64,000 nucleotides of DNA from Candidatus Woesearchaeota archaeon (GTDB taxonomy: Archaea > Nanobdellota > Nanobdellia > Woesearchaeales > GW2011-AR4). Location of the stretch: NCBI GenBank assembly GCA_016184145.1, contig JACPDF010000023.1:1229-65228 (forward strand), in the 5' to 3' direction. Each line of letters begins with the position of its first letter. Position 1 is the stretch's first letter. Under the pieces are notes generated by a model, which was given only the letters and a program-made list of their open reading frames with translations, made no database searches and was not told the origin of the DNA. The translations under genes were made by a program, and so were the position numbers. Positions 1-9,716 of this stretch are shown in pieces.

Positions 1-299
1 TTAAAGGCTTTTTTTGCCTCATTTATCGTAACTTCCTGCTTCTCAAACTTGTCCCATGTTGCGAGTATTTGCCTCATCTTCTTCTCTATTTCCCTAAGGC
101 TGTCATCAGAAATCGGCTCCTTAAACTCAAAATCATAATAAAATCCATTTTCAATAGCAGGCCCAATAGCCCTTTTGGTTCCTGGATACAATTCCAAAAC
201 AGCTGCAGCTAAAAGATGGGCAAGGCTATGACGGTAAGATTCCACGCCTGTTTTTTCATCTGCTTTTTCATTATCTTTTTTGTTTTTAGCCATTGGCAT
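1..299 (-). CDS. thrS: threonyl-tRNA synthetase-like protein, N-terminal part (partial, continues past window start); begins at the HxxxH second-additional-domain and has no TGS domain
   Basis: rc translation MPMAKNKK...RHSLAHLLAAAVLELYPGTKRAIGPAIENGFYYDFEF closely matches the bacterial ThrRS N2 region ([34 protein letters not shown]). Confidence 0.55.
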   Translation of the reverse strand, partial: MPMAKNKKDNEKADEKTGVESYRHSLAHLLAAAVLELYPGTKRAIGPAIENGFYYDFEFKEPISDDSLREIEKKMRQILATWDKFEKQEVTINEAKKAF

Positions 300-451
300 A
301 TAAAATTGGCATTTTGTTTAAAAAGATTTTGATAAATTAAGTTTAATAGAAAATTCATTAAAGGAACATTATGTGAACTTTTGTTGCGAAATTATATAGA
401 AACCGGCCTCACGACCGGGTAAAAGACCATTATGAGCGGGCGAATATTATC

Positions 452-1147
452 TTATTCTGACTTTGGTATGGAAAAGGAAGATATTAGAAGCGTTACTCCA
501 AGCAAAAAAAGAAAGGAAGCGGTTGAAACGAGAATGTCATCAATTAATCTCTGCATTGGCGTCATGAAGTCAAATGATGCTCTTACATCAAATACATAAA
601 GCTCAGATTGTTCCTCTGATAAGGTTCCAATGAATAAAAAGTAATAAACAAAATATACAATTTCCACTATTAAAAATAAAATCAATATAGCATATGATAA
701 TCTTCGAATTTTCTTCTTCTTTGGGAAGCCCTTTTTCTTTGCTACGCCATGACCATTAATTATGTATGGGATAGACGCAATAGTGGAAATTGGAATAACA
801 AGCCAAGCATATTCAAAAAATATATACTCTAAATCTATAGGCAACAGTAAATTACCCATGGAATATAGCACATTTAAACCTACAATTAAAAAAAGCACAA
901 TTGCATTTACTCGGTAATATTTATTTTCATTTAGAATTTTATAACCCCAATAGGCAACATAAAACTGCAGTATAAGAAAGAAAATGTAACCAATATCGTT
1001 TAAAAATGTGGTTTCTTGAAAAAATATTTTCTCAGCCGCTTCCTTAAAAAAAAGTACCATACCAAATGTCAGTAATCCTGTTATTATACCTAAATAACCT
1101 AACAACACAGAAATATATCCTGATATTTTACCATGATCCAACTTCAT
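452..1147 (-). CDS. hypothetical multi-pass membrane protein
   Basis: 231-aa ORF with several hydrophobic helices; no recognisable motif. Confidence 0.45.
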   Translation of the reverse strand: MKLDHGKISGYISVLLGYLGIITGLLTFGMVLFFKEAAEKIFFQETTFLNDIGYIFFLILQFYVAYWGYKILNENKYYRVNAIVLFLIVGLNVLYSMGNLLLPIDLEYIFFEYAWLVIPISTIASIPYIINGHGVAKKKGFPKKKKIRRLSYAILILFLIVEIVYFVYYFLFIGTLSEEQSELYVFDVRASFDFMTPMQRLIDDILVSTASFLFLLGVTLLISSFSIPKSE

Positions 1148-1324
1148 AATAAGGGTATAATTTAATGTTTATTTATAAAATCTCTCAATACTCGCCAGTT
1201 CATTCCCTTTTTCCTTTTGTATAATATCCTTACATTATACGGCTCGTGTATTTCATATACTTGTGTTACGCACTTTTTCTTCTTAATCTTTGTTAATGAA
1301 GAAAAAGCGTAACTTTTGGCAAAA

Positions 1325-1576
1325 TCATTCATAAGCATAATCGTGATGCTTAAACTTCAAGAAGACAATATCCTTCCCCTCAACTTCAAAAATAATAACA
1401 TAAGAACCTACATGAGCGCCTCTTTTGCCTTTCAAGTTGTACTTTTTAAGAGGGTAATGCTCCGGATTCTCTAAAATCTCATCTATTTTCTTCTTTAGCC
1501 TGTTAAACAGCACTTTGTCTTTTTTGATGTCCTTAACATCTTGAGAAAAAGACCTCGTAAATACAGCATTATGCAT
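1325..1576 (-). CDS. RelE/ParE-family toxin (type II TA)
   Basis: 83 aa, basic, C-terminal ...KGKRGAHVGSYVIIFEVEGKDIVFLKFKHHD typical of RelE/ParE; directly follows a 69-aa partner ORF with a 1-nt gap. Confidence 0.6.
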   Translation of the reverse strand: MHNAVFTRSFSQDVKDIKKDKVLFNRLKKKIDEILENPEHYPLKKYNLKGKRGAHVGSYVIIFEVEGKDIVFLKFKHHDYAYE

Positions 1577-1577
1577 T

Positions 1578-1787
1578 TTAAAGAGAATCTAAATATTTTG
1601 TGGCATCTCTGCTACTATCAAACCTTACAAAATCTCCTTTCCTGTACTCATCCTCAGCCTTCTTTACGTCCGCAATAAATTTTTTAGAGAATCTTTCCTC
1701 AAACTCAGCTTTAACAATATGCTTGCATTTAACTAGGAAGTCATATTCTTTCTTGGGAATTTCTATAGTCTCGCTCATTTCATTCAC
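1578..1787 (-). CDS. putative antitoxin partner of the RelE-like toxin
   Basis: 69-aa acidic/charged ORF immediately upstream of, and co-directional with, the RelE-like gene. Confidence 0.45.
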   Translation of the reverse strand: MNEMSETIEIPKKEYDFLVKCKHIVKAEFEERFSKKFIADVKKAEDEYRKGDFVRFDSSRDATKYLDSL

Positions 1788-2048
1788 CTAGGTCTATAGT
1801 GGAAACTTTATTTAAATATCTTTCTATGATTTTGCCAAAAGTACGCCGAGAACATTCTTATGTGGGTAAAAGGTGTTGAAGTAAACATGCATCACAATCT
1901 AATCCTCCAAATAACAACATTTATAAATAATAACTTTAATAATACTAATAATTTATAAATTTTTATCAAAAATATTAATATTAATAATCAAAACGAAGTT
2001 TTGATTCAGCGAATTCCCTAAGGGAATTTTAGCGTAATGAGGCTGTAA

Positions 2049-2246
2049 ATGAATGCAAAATTCATTGGAAAAGCGAAGATAACAAAACAAGGGCAGGTTA
2101 CGCTGCCATTCGAGGCGAGAAAGGACCTTAGCTTGGATGCGGACAGCGAAATATACTGGTATCTTGTTGACGACCATTTGGTTGTTGTAAAAGAGTTGGT
2201 TAGCGTCGAGGATTTAATAAAAATAGCAAATAAAAAGAGGAGATAG
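2049..2246 (+). CDS. AbrB/SpoVT/MazE-family DNA-binding protein
   Basis: 65 aa; KITKQGQVTLPFEARKDLSLDADSEIYW fits the swapped-hairpin AbrB fold signature; stop abuts the start of the vWA gene. Confidence 0.5.
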   Translation: MNAKFIGKAKITKQGQVTLPFEARKDLSLDADSEIYWYLVDDHLVVVKELVSVEDLIKIANKKRR

Positions 2247-2247
2247 A

Positions 2248-4116
2248 ATGCCGTTTTTGAACCAGTTGGGATTATTGGCATTATTAAGCCTAATCCCATT
2301 CATAATCCTGTACTTAAGAAGGCCAAAGCCGCAGGACAGGGTTATACCATCATTGATGTTCATCCTGCAGAACAAGAAAACCTCGACAAAAAACAGCTTT
2401 TTAAGAAACTTCCTGACAAATTTATTGTTCTTCATACAGATCCTTGCATTGATTGGCCTTTCTGTATCGGTAGCGCAGCCTTATGTAAAGCTCCCTTATG
2501 ATATTACTCTCGAAAACACCATAATCATTCTTGATGCGAGCGCCTCCATGCAAGCCGAGGATGGCGGCAAGACAAGATTCGAAAAAGCAGTTAAAGAGGC
2601 CAAAAGCGTACTGAGCGGAAAGAACAGCATCATACTTGCGGAGCACATCCCGCTAATAATCCTAGAAGACGAGGACCAGAAAGTCGCAGCTGACATCTTA
2701 GGAAATTTAAAGCCAAAAGCCACAGCCACAAATTTGAGGGACGCAATGCTGCTTGCAAAGGACATTTTGGGAGACAGGCCTGGAAGAATAGTGATAATAA
2801 GCGATTTCAGCAATGTTGATGTATCAGACTTATTGGTTGTGAAAAGGACTTTAAGCTCGGAAGAGGTTGTTGTTAACTTCATTGACGTCTCCAATAATGC
2901 GGAAAATGCCGGGATTGTTAATCTTGATATAGGCAAGCACAGCATAAAAGCCTCTGTAAAGAACTTCAACCCTGCAAGCAAGCAGGTAAACTTAAAGCTC
3001 GTAAAAGACGGGAAAACAATTTCAGAATCAGGAAAGTTCGATGTGCTGCCAAATTCCATAGAGACTTTTGTTTTTGATGATACTCCTGCCGGATTGAGCC
3101 AAATTGAGCTGGAGCCGAAAGATGATTTGATGGTTGACAACACCGTTTACATAAGCGCCCCAGTGAAGCAAAAGATCAACGTGCTCCTTATCACAAACAG
3201 CCACAATACATACCTCGAGAATGCGCTGCTTGCGTCAAGGGATGTGAGCCTTAATATCGTTAATCCGCCTGTGCTTACAGTAAACACCTATGGGGAGAGA
3301 ATAGAGCCGTTCAAGCATGATGTTATTGTTGTCAGCAGAATAAACAATGTAGGCGGCAGGGACGGCATTCTGCCGGGAACATTCCAGGACCTCTCAGCTT
3401 ATGTAAGGAGTGGAGGAAAGCTGGTGATAACAGCCCAGGATGATTTAACACAGTTTAATATGGCAGACCTTGGCATTGTCAGCTTGAATAAGCTTGTATC
3501 AGACACAAAAAGGGTGTGCATGGACACGATAAATGAGCTAACAAAAGAGTTCAAGAACAGCCCATGCTTTGCGACAATCTCAAAGTATTTTGATGCAGCA
3601 GCGGACAAAGATGCAAAGGTAATTGCCTCAGTCGAAAATACACCCATACTGGCGCTAAAGGACGCTACAAAGGGAAAAGTGTTCTATTATGGCATTTTTG
3701 ACGATGCCTCTGATTTTAAATCATTGCCCTCTTATCCCATATTCTGGAACTCATTGGTAAACTTCCTTGCAGAAACAGAGGACATAAGAGACTTCAACTC
3801 AAAGACAGGCAGAGTTGTGACTATAGGCGAGCAGCGCGTTAAAACACCCTCCTCTTCATTAACAACCTCAAAACTGATTTTTGACGAGGCTGGATACTAT
3901 GAGTTTGATGATAAAAAATTCGCAGCTAACTTAATTGACGAGACCGAGTCTGATGTCACGAAAGGAAGCACCCTGGAAAAGGAAAGCGAAAGCTCTGATG
4001 TGCTCAAGGAAGCAAGCACTGAAAGGGACTTTAGCATAAGCCCTTTGATATTGATAGCAGTATTTTTGCTCCTTTGCTTCGAGGTATTTTACATAAAGAG
4101 AAGAGGTGACCTATAA
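2248..4116 (+). CDS. vWA-domain membrane protein (BatA-like), N-terminal TM pair and C-terminal TM
   Basis: MIDAS motif IIILDASASM, N-terminal double-TM segment, C-terminal hydrophobic anchor. Confidence 0.7.
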   Translation: MPFLNQLGLLALLSLIPFIILYLRRPKPQDRVIPSLMFILQNKKTSTKNSFLRNFLTNLLFFIQILALIGLSVSVAQPYVKLPYDITLENTIIILDASASMQAEDGGKTRFEKAVKEAKSVLSGKNSIILAEHIPLIILEDEDQKVAADILGNLKPKATATNLRDAMLLAKDILGDRPGRIVIISDFSNVDVSDLLVVKRTLSSEEVVVNFIDVSNNAENAGIVNLDIGKHSIKASVKNFNPASKQVNLKLVKDGKTISESGKFDVLPNSIETFVFDDTPAGLSQIELEPKDDLMVDNTVYISAPVKQKINVLLITNSHNTYLENALLASRDVSLNIVNPPVLTVNTYGERIEPFKHDVIVVSRINNVGGRDGILPGTFQDLSAYVRSGGKLVITAQDDLTQFNMADLGIVSLNKLVSDTKRVCMDTINELTKEFKNSPCFATISKYFDAAADKDAKVIASVENTPILALKDATKGKVFYYGIFDDASDFKSLPSYPIFWNSLVNFLAETEDIRDFNSKTGRVVTIGEQRVKTPSSSLTTSKLIFDEAGYYEFDDKKFAANLIDETESDVTKGSTLEKESESSDVLKEASTERDFSISPLILIAVFLLLCFEVFYIKRRGDL

Positions 4117-4154
4117 TCGCATTTATTTTTCCTGATTTAAGAAGCGTATTCTGC

Positions 4155-6617
4155 ATGGGCAAATTCTGCCTTGCATACTCTTACGTAGCCCTATTGATAA
4201 TTCCCCTTGTGATCTTATTGTACTTTGCAATAAGGAAGAATTTCATAAATTTTGCCGACAGGGCGGAGCAGCAGAGCTATGAATCGGGAAAGAGGCAGCA
4301 GAGGCTCATCTTTTTTGCCCTAAGGTCATTAGTCTTCGCATTTTTGCTGATAGCGATAGCAAGCCCTTTCATCCTTGAGACAAAAACAGTAAAAGGCAAC
4401 CCAAGAATCACAATTTTAGTGGATAATTCCACATCAATGAACCTGTTCGAATATGGGATGGAAAAGGAGCTTGTTGGCAAATTAAAGGGCAGCATTCCAG
4501 TTACGGTAAGAACCATTGCCACAGGCGATAAATCAGCTATAGGCGATGGACTATTAAACAACATGGAACGGGATGAGAATGTGCTTGTAATAAGCGACGG
4601 CAGCAACAATGACGGAAAGCTTTTAGGAGATATCATGCTGCTCGCAACCTCGTTAAATTCAACTATAAGCACCCTGGACATGAAGCCTGTAAGGAGCGAT
4701 GTAGGTGTAAGCATAGAAGGGCCAAGCGAAGCCATAAGGGACACAGAGGAAAGCTTCATCATTAAAGTAAATAATGTGGGCAAAAATGTGCCTTACAATC
4801 TTGAAGTGAGGTTTGATGACGAAATAATTCTTGCCAAAAGCGACGACAAAAGCAATTCCTTTGGGATAAGAAAAAAATTGCCGGAAGGCTACCATAAGCT
4901 GACTGCAGAGCTTCAGAATGCTGGCAGCGACGATTATTTCAGCCAGAACAATATCTATTACAAAAGCATAAAAGTAGTTCCGAGGCCGAAAGTCTTGTTT
5001 GTATCGGAAAAAGACTCCCCTCTGGCAAACAACCTTGGCAGCATCTACGACTTAACAGCTGTAACCACAATTCCTGATGACTTGGATGATTACCTCGCAG
5101 TCATCCTTAATGATCTTCCAGCATCCAAGATAATGCCTAAGTTCAATTCATTAAACAGCTATGTGAGGGATGATGGCAACGGCCTCTTCGTAATTGGCGG
5201 CCAGGACTCTTACGACAACGGCAATTATAAGGGAAATTTGCTGGAAACTTTGCTTCCTGTAAAGATAGGCGCAGGGGAGGAGGAGGAAAAAAGCGATGTG
5301 TATATTGTAATCATAATTGATGTGTCCGGAACTACAGGGAAAGTTTACAATGTAAATACAGGACAATATGAGATAAGGGATTATGACCAGATAATAAAGG
5401 CACAGGCTGCAAGCGTGATAGACAGCCTTGACAAGAAGAACAATGTCGGAGTTGTGGTAATAGGGACGCGAAATCCAACAGGCACTGTTGTAACTCTGTC
5501 AGATATAGTCACTCTTGAAGACAATAAAAAGGAGATTATAGACACGATTTCCAGGATTGCAAGTGAAAAAGTAGGAGGCCAGAGCGATATCGATCTTGGC
5601 ATAAACAAAGCCAACCAGATGTTAAGAAGCATTTCAGGAGGCAAAAATATAATCTTGATTTCAGATGGCCGCGGCTTAACTCCTCTTGCAAAAAGCGAAA
5701 AAAAGGAGGCTGCCAGGCAGGCAGCTGACCGCGGCATTAAGATATATGTTGCAGGAGTAGGGGCAATAGACGACCAGGACAACGAGTTTTTGTCTGATAT
5801 CGCAATCATCGGAGACGGGATTTATTTCCCCCTAGACGCTTCCAGCAGGCTGAAGGTATTGTTTAGCGAGCCGGAAAGCAAGGAAGAGAAAGACTACCTC
5901 AACAGGCTTGTTTTATTGGATACAACCCACTTCATAACATACAACCAAAGTCTAGATGCGGTTGTCTCCGGCTATAACTATGTTATACCTAAGCCAGCCT
6001 CAAGATTATTGATAACGACAAACAAGAACATTCCAATAATGGTTGCATGGCGCTTTGGCCTGGGCAGGGTAGCAACTTTGGCAACAGATGACGGCAGCAA
6101 GTGGGGAGGGGAGCTTTTGACAGAAGAAAACTCAAAAGTGCTGACAAAAGCAATAAACTGGGTTATAGGGGACTTAAGCAGAAAAAGTAACTTTGATGTT
6201 AGCATAAAGGACACGGAGCTTGGAAGCCTTATGCTCATCAATGTAGTTTCTGATTCATTGCCAAAGCACGAGCAGCTTACCTTTGTAAAGACCGATGTAA
6301 ACCTGTACACTGCGAAATTCGATCCCACAAGAACAGGCTTTTACAATTTCCTGGGTGCAGATGCTGCTGTAAATTACAAGGAAGAATTTAATAACCTGGG
6401 AGTAAACAAGGACTTCATTAACCTGGTGGAGCAGACGCAAGGAAAGGTCTTTGACAGGAATGACATAGACAGCATCCTTGAATTCATCAAGGACAAGTCA
6501 AAAAGGATAAAAGTGGACACAACCGAGTTTAAGTGGCCTTTTTTGGTTGCTGCATTATTGCTGTTTTTGGCTGAAATAGCTGTAAGGAGGCTCTGGGAAA
6601 ACAAGAGCTATAGGTAA
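4155..6617 (+). CDS. vWA-domain membrane protein with two vWA domains (BatB-like)
   Basis: ILVDNSTSMN and IIIDVSGTTG DxSxS motifs, N- and C-terminal TM segments. Confidence 0.7.
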   Translation: MGKFCLAYSYVALLIIPLVILLYFAIRKNFINFADRAEQQSYESGKRQQRLIFFALRSLVFAFLLIAIASPFILETKTVKGNPRITILVDNSTSMNLFEYGMEKELVGKLKGSIPVTVRTIATGDKSAIGDGLLNNMERDENVLVISDGSNNDGKLLGDIMLLATSLNSTISTLDMKPVRSDVGVSIEGPSEAIRDTEESFIIKVNNVGKNVPYNLEVRFDDEIILAKSDDKSNSFGIRKKLPEGYHKLTAELQNAGSDDYFSQNNIYYKSIKVVPRPKVLFVSEKDSPLANNLGSIYDLTAVTTIPDDLDDYLAVILNDLPASKIMPKFNSLNSYVRDDGNGLFVIGGQDSYDNGNYKGNLLETLLPVKIGAGEEEEKSDVYIVIIIDVSGTTGKVYNVNTGQYEIRDYDQIIKAQAASVIDSLDKKNNVGVVVIGTRNPTGTVVTLSDIVTLEDNKKEIIDTISRIASEKVGGQSDIDLGINKANQMLRSISGGKNIILISDGRGLTPLAKSEKKEAARQAADRGIKIYVAGVGAIDDQDNEFLSDIAIIGDGIYFPLDASSRLKVLFSEPESKEEKDYLNRLVLLDTTHFITYNQSLDAVVSGYNYVIPKPASRLLITTNKNIPIMVAWRFGLGRVATLATDDGSKWGGELLTEENSKVLTKAINWVIGDLSRKSNFDVSIKDTELGSLMLINVVSDSLPKHEQLTFVKTDVNLYTAKFDPTRTGFYNFLGADAAVNYKEEFNNLGVNKDFINLVEQTQGKVFDRNDIDSILEFIKDKSKRIKVDTTEFKWPFLVAALLLFLAEIAVRRLWENKSYR

Positions 6618-6895
6618 AATAAAATGAATAGGATAGCAATATTAAATAATAATGCCAATAAGTTCACAAACAAGTGCTCAATTATTTGAGCAAAATAAAT
6701 ATGGCTTGCAAATTAATAAAAAACGCAATAAAAATGAAAAATAATTACCGAGCGTTTTTGCAATAAAAAAGCATGAAGGCAAAAACGCAGGCTATGATTA
6801 AATATTTTTTATTGCCCGAATGAGATAAATTGTGAAAGCAAAAAATGACAAAGCAAATGATTGTACAAAATACGTTAAAAATGGCTGAGGTGTAA
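6618..6895. repeat. intergenic repeat module family 1, copy 1 (reverse orientation); hairpin core 6749-6794
   Basis: AGCGTTTTTGC-N17-GCAAAAACGCAGG, plus more than 150 nt of flanking homology (e.g. aaaaatatttaatcatagcctgcgtttttgcc identical) to the 47162-47509 copy. Confidence 0.6.
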
Positions 6896-7396
6896 TTGAA
6901 AATGGCATTCATGAAACGGGACGTTAACATTGGATTGTTGATTCTGATAATAGCTGCTGTCATAGTATTCAGCAGCTTCAGCGTCTACTACCAAAGCACT
7001 TTCAAGAATGTTTCCCTGGAATACCAGAACAAGCTTGAGCAGCTGAGCCAGATAACAACAGAGCTGTCAAAGCAGAAGCAGGAGCTTAATCAGACCTACA
7101 CTTTAAGGACAAAGATAGAGGAGGATAAAAAGACTCTTGATGTTAAATACACTGAAGTCAGGGATGAGAATAATCAGCTCTCAAGCGACAATACAAACCT
7201 GCGCTTGGAGGTTTCAAGCGCAAAAAGCCAACTGGCGGAAGCGCAAATTGAGCTTGAAAACAAAAAAGTGCAATTGGCGCAGACGCAGGCAGATTTAGCA
7301 ACAGCTAACAGTAAAATAAGCAGCCTGAATAGCGATTTGGATGATGTATGTGCTGCTTTGATCGCTACAGGAGGAACGCACGACGAGTGTGATTAA
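6896..7396 (+). CDS. membrane-anchored coiled-coil protein
   Basis: N-terminal TM helix then heptad-rich Q/E/L/K sequence; C-terminal CxnC. Confidence 0.45.
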   Translation: MKMAFMKRDVNIGLLILIIAAVIVFSSFSVYYQSTFKNVSLEYQNKLEQLSQITTELSKQKQELNQTYTLRTKIEEDKKTLDVKYTEVRDENNQLSSDNTNLRLEVSSAKSQLAEAQIELENKKVQLAQTQADLATANSKISSLNSDLDDVCAALIATGGTHDECD

Positions 7397-7514
7397 AGTT
7401 ATGCCCAAAACAAGAAAACATACGAAACTTTCAAAACAAGAGAGAAAAAGATTGGGCTGGAAGCCAGGGAGCCGTCTCGGTGTTTCGGGATACCACAGGT
7501 ATCCCTAGACGCTG

Positions 7515-8312
7515 TTGTACGGGCACGTACAAATGAAAACCTTCATAAAAGTAGTAAAGGAAATCAATAATACTTTAAATTTCCTGATTATTTTCGAGAG
7601 CGCATTAAATGCAGCCATTTTCTTCCTTGTAGTCTATCTGCTCTTGTCGCTGATAAACCTTTACCCAATACTTGCAGTTATTCCTGCTGCAGTTTATCTT
7701 GCGGCAAGGATGTATGCAAACTCCAAGGCTGACAAAAGAGTTATTGTGGAAAATAAGTATGCGCCCCTGAAAGAAAAATTAAGGACTGCTGCGGACAATA
7801 TCAAAGAGGAAAACCCTGTTGTCAACGAGCTGCAGGAAGAGGTAATTTACGACCTTAAAAATGTGGGTTTGTCATCTTTCATAAACACAAAACAGGTTTC
7901 CTACAAGATACTTGCAACCATACTGCTGTCTTTTGCAATAGTTTTTGCGACAACCATGAACCTTTATATTGTTGACTTGAACCAGTTTCTGGGCAGTATA
8001 CCCGACACTATCAGCAAATTAAGCCTGATGAAAAGAAGCTCTAACACTCCAATAGGGGATGTAAATGAAAGCAGCGACATTTACGGTGACAGCAAGCTCG
8101 CTGTTTTAGGAGAGCAGCAGATTGACATACGGATAAAGCCCGTAAATTATGAGGTCAGCGTAAGGGAAGAAGGCGATGTTGAGCAGAAGCAGTTCGATGA
8201 GATTTTCCCGAGAGAGGTTGATATCAAGCAGTCATCTGCTTATGAGGAAAACATACCCCAAGAGCAGCAGGAGCTTGTCAAAAACTATTTTAACAAGCTT
8301 GCAGGAGGATAA
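7515..8312 (+). CDS. hypothetical membrane protein in the MoxR/vWA cluster
   Basis: 265-aa ORF with two hydrophobic segments and an acidic C-terminus. Confidence 0.4.
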   Translation: MYGHVQMKTFIKVVKEINNTLNFLIIFESALNAAIFFLVVYLLLSLINLYPILAVIPAAVYLAARMYANSKADKRVIVENKYAPLKEKLRTAADNIKEENPVVNELQEEVIYDLKNVGLSSFINTKQVSYKILATILLSFAIVFATTMNLYIVDLNQFLGSIPDTISKLSLMKRSSNTPIGDVNESSDIYGDSKLAVLGEQQIDIRIKPVNYEVSVREEGDVEQKQFDEIFPREVDIKQSSAYEENIPQEQQELVKNYFNKLAGG

Positions 8313-8530
8313 AATAAAGCAATGTATTTGTGCCAATAGTACATATTATTGCAAAAAACAACTGATTAAAAAGAAAAAATATAAATAGTGCAAAAGAGGT
8401 GAAATATCATGAAACACGAAAAAACTTCAAAGAAGTTGTTTGTGTCCCAAAAATCACAAAGTGATTTTTTAGGACAAAAAAAATTTGAAATACAAATTTT
8501 TGAGCTTCATAAAATCGCAGGGGTGATTTT

Positions 8531-9466
8531 ATGAAGAACTATAAGCATGTCTTTGATGCTGTTTTCAAGGAAACAAATAGGGTTATAGTGGGCCAGAATA
8601 ATGTCATAGAGCAGGTTCTTGTGGCTATCATATGCGACGGCAATGCGCTACTGGAAGGATACCCAGGCCTCGCTAAAACGCTGGTTGTAAAGACTTTGGC
8701 TGATATAATGAACCTGAAATTCAGCCGCATCCAGCATACTCCGGACCTGATGCCTTCTGACATTACAGGAACGTACATAATAGAGGAGACATCCGGAAAA
8801 AGAAACTTCAAATTCCAGCCCGGGCCCATATTCGCAAACATTGTTCTTGCAGACGAGATAAACAGGGCCACCCCGAAAACCCAGTCAGCTTTATTGGAAG
8901 CGATGCAGGAAAAGCAGGTTACAATAGGCACAAATACATTCAAGCTCGACCTTCCTTTTTTTGTGCTCGCAACCCAAAACCCGATTGAGCAGGAAGGAAC
9001 TTATCCTTTGCCTGAGGCGCAGGCAGACAGGTTTTTGCTTAAAATAAAGGTAGGCTATCCTTCTTTTGACGAAGAAATGGAAATTGTAGAGAGGTTTGCA
9101 TCAACGCGAACAGAGCAGAAATTAAAGACCATGCTTAACAAGAACCATTTGCTGAGCCTTCAGGCCCTGACAAGGCAGGTTCCGATTGCAAACGACATAA
9201 AATCACGGGCTTTGAAAATAATAGCAGCCACAAGGACAAATAAGGATGTAATCAATTACGGGGCTTCCCCAAGGGCATCCATAGGAATCATTCTTGCTTC
9301 AAAGGCGCTGGCATTGATAAAAGGCAGGAACCATGTGAGCAATGAGGACATAAACGAGATGGCCTACCCCATACTGAGGCACCGCGTCATACTTAACTTT
9401 GAGGCAGAGAGGAAGGGAATGACTACGGATGATGCCATTAAGCACATACTTGACAAGATTAAATAA
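8531..9466 (+). CDS. MoxR-family AAA+ ATPase
   Basis: VGQNNVIEQVLVAIICDGNALLEGYPGLAKT Walker A region, ADEINRATPKTQSALLEAMQE, typical MoxR length. Confidence 0.85.
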   Translation: MKNYKHVFDAVFKETNRVIVGQNNVIEQVLVAIICDGNALLEGYPGLAKTLVVKTLADIMNLKFSRIQHTPDLMPSDITGTYIIEETSGKRNFKFQPGPIFANIVLADEINRATPKTQSALLEAMQEKQVTIGTNTFKLDLPFFVLATQNPIEQEGTYPLPEAQADRFLLKIKVGYPSFDEEMEIVERFASTRTEQKLKTMLNKNHLLSLQALTRQVPIANDIKSRALKIIAATRTNKDVINYGASPRASIGIILASKALALIKGRNHVSNEDINEMAYPILRHRVILNFEAERKGMTTDDAIKHILDKIK

Positions 9467-9502
9467 AAACCAGTTTGATAGAATTGAGAAAAATCATTCC
9501 CG

Positions 9503-9666
9503 GGTTATTTAGGCGCCGCCAATACTGCGGCGCATTTATTGGGCAGGAAGAGTTCACAGCCGCCAAGCATAACGCGGCGGCGCTAAATGTTATCACAAAC
9601 GCCCCGTATTGTGGGCGGTTGATCACACTGGAGTCCAATGATGCGAGCGCGTAATGTCGCGAGCCT
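9503..9666. other. GC-rich structured intergenic patch, candidate small RNA
   Basis: three consecutive GC stem-loops (GCGCCGC/GCGGCGC; GCCGCC/GGCGGC; CGCCC/GGGCG) in an otherwise AT-rich region. Confidence 0.2.
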
Positions 9667-9716
9667 AAAATTAAACGGATTATGATTTTTAGAAAACTAA
9701 AATATTTATTTAAAAA

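Noticed and set aside
2018-2435. Several 60-95-aa minus-strand ORFs in the AT-rich region around the AbrB-like and vWA gene starts
   Set aside because: They overlap better-supported plus-strand genes, have low-complexity or hydrophobic composition, and have no motifs; typical antisense artefacts.
2496-3143. 215-aa minus-strand ORF inside the first vWA gene, and similar antisense ORFs at 4277-4783 and 5381-5809
   Set aside because: They lie entirely antisense within long, motif-supported genes, and their S/T/L-rich composition is typical of shadow ORFs.
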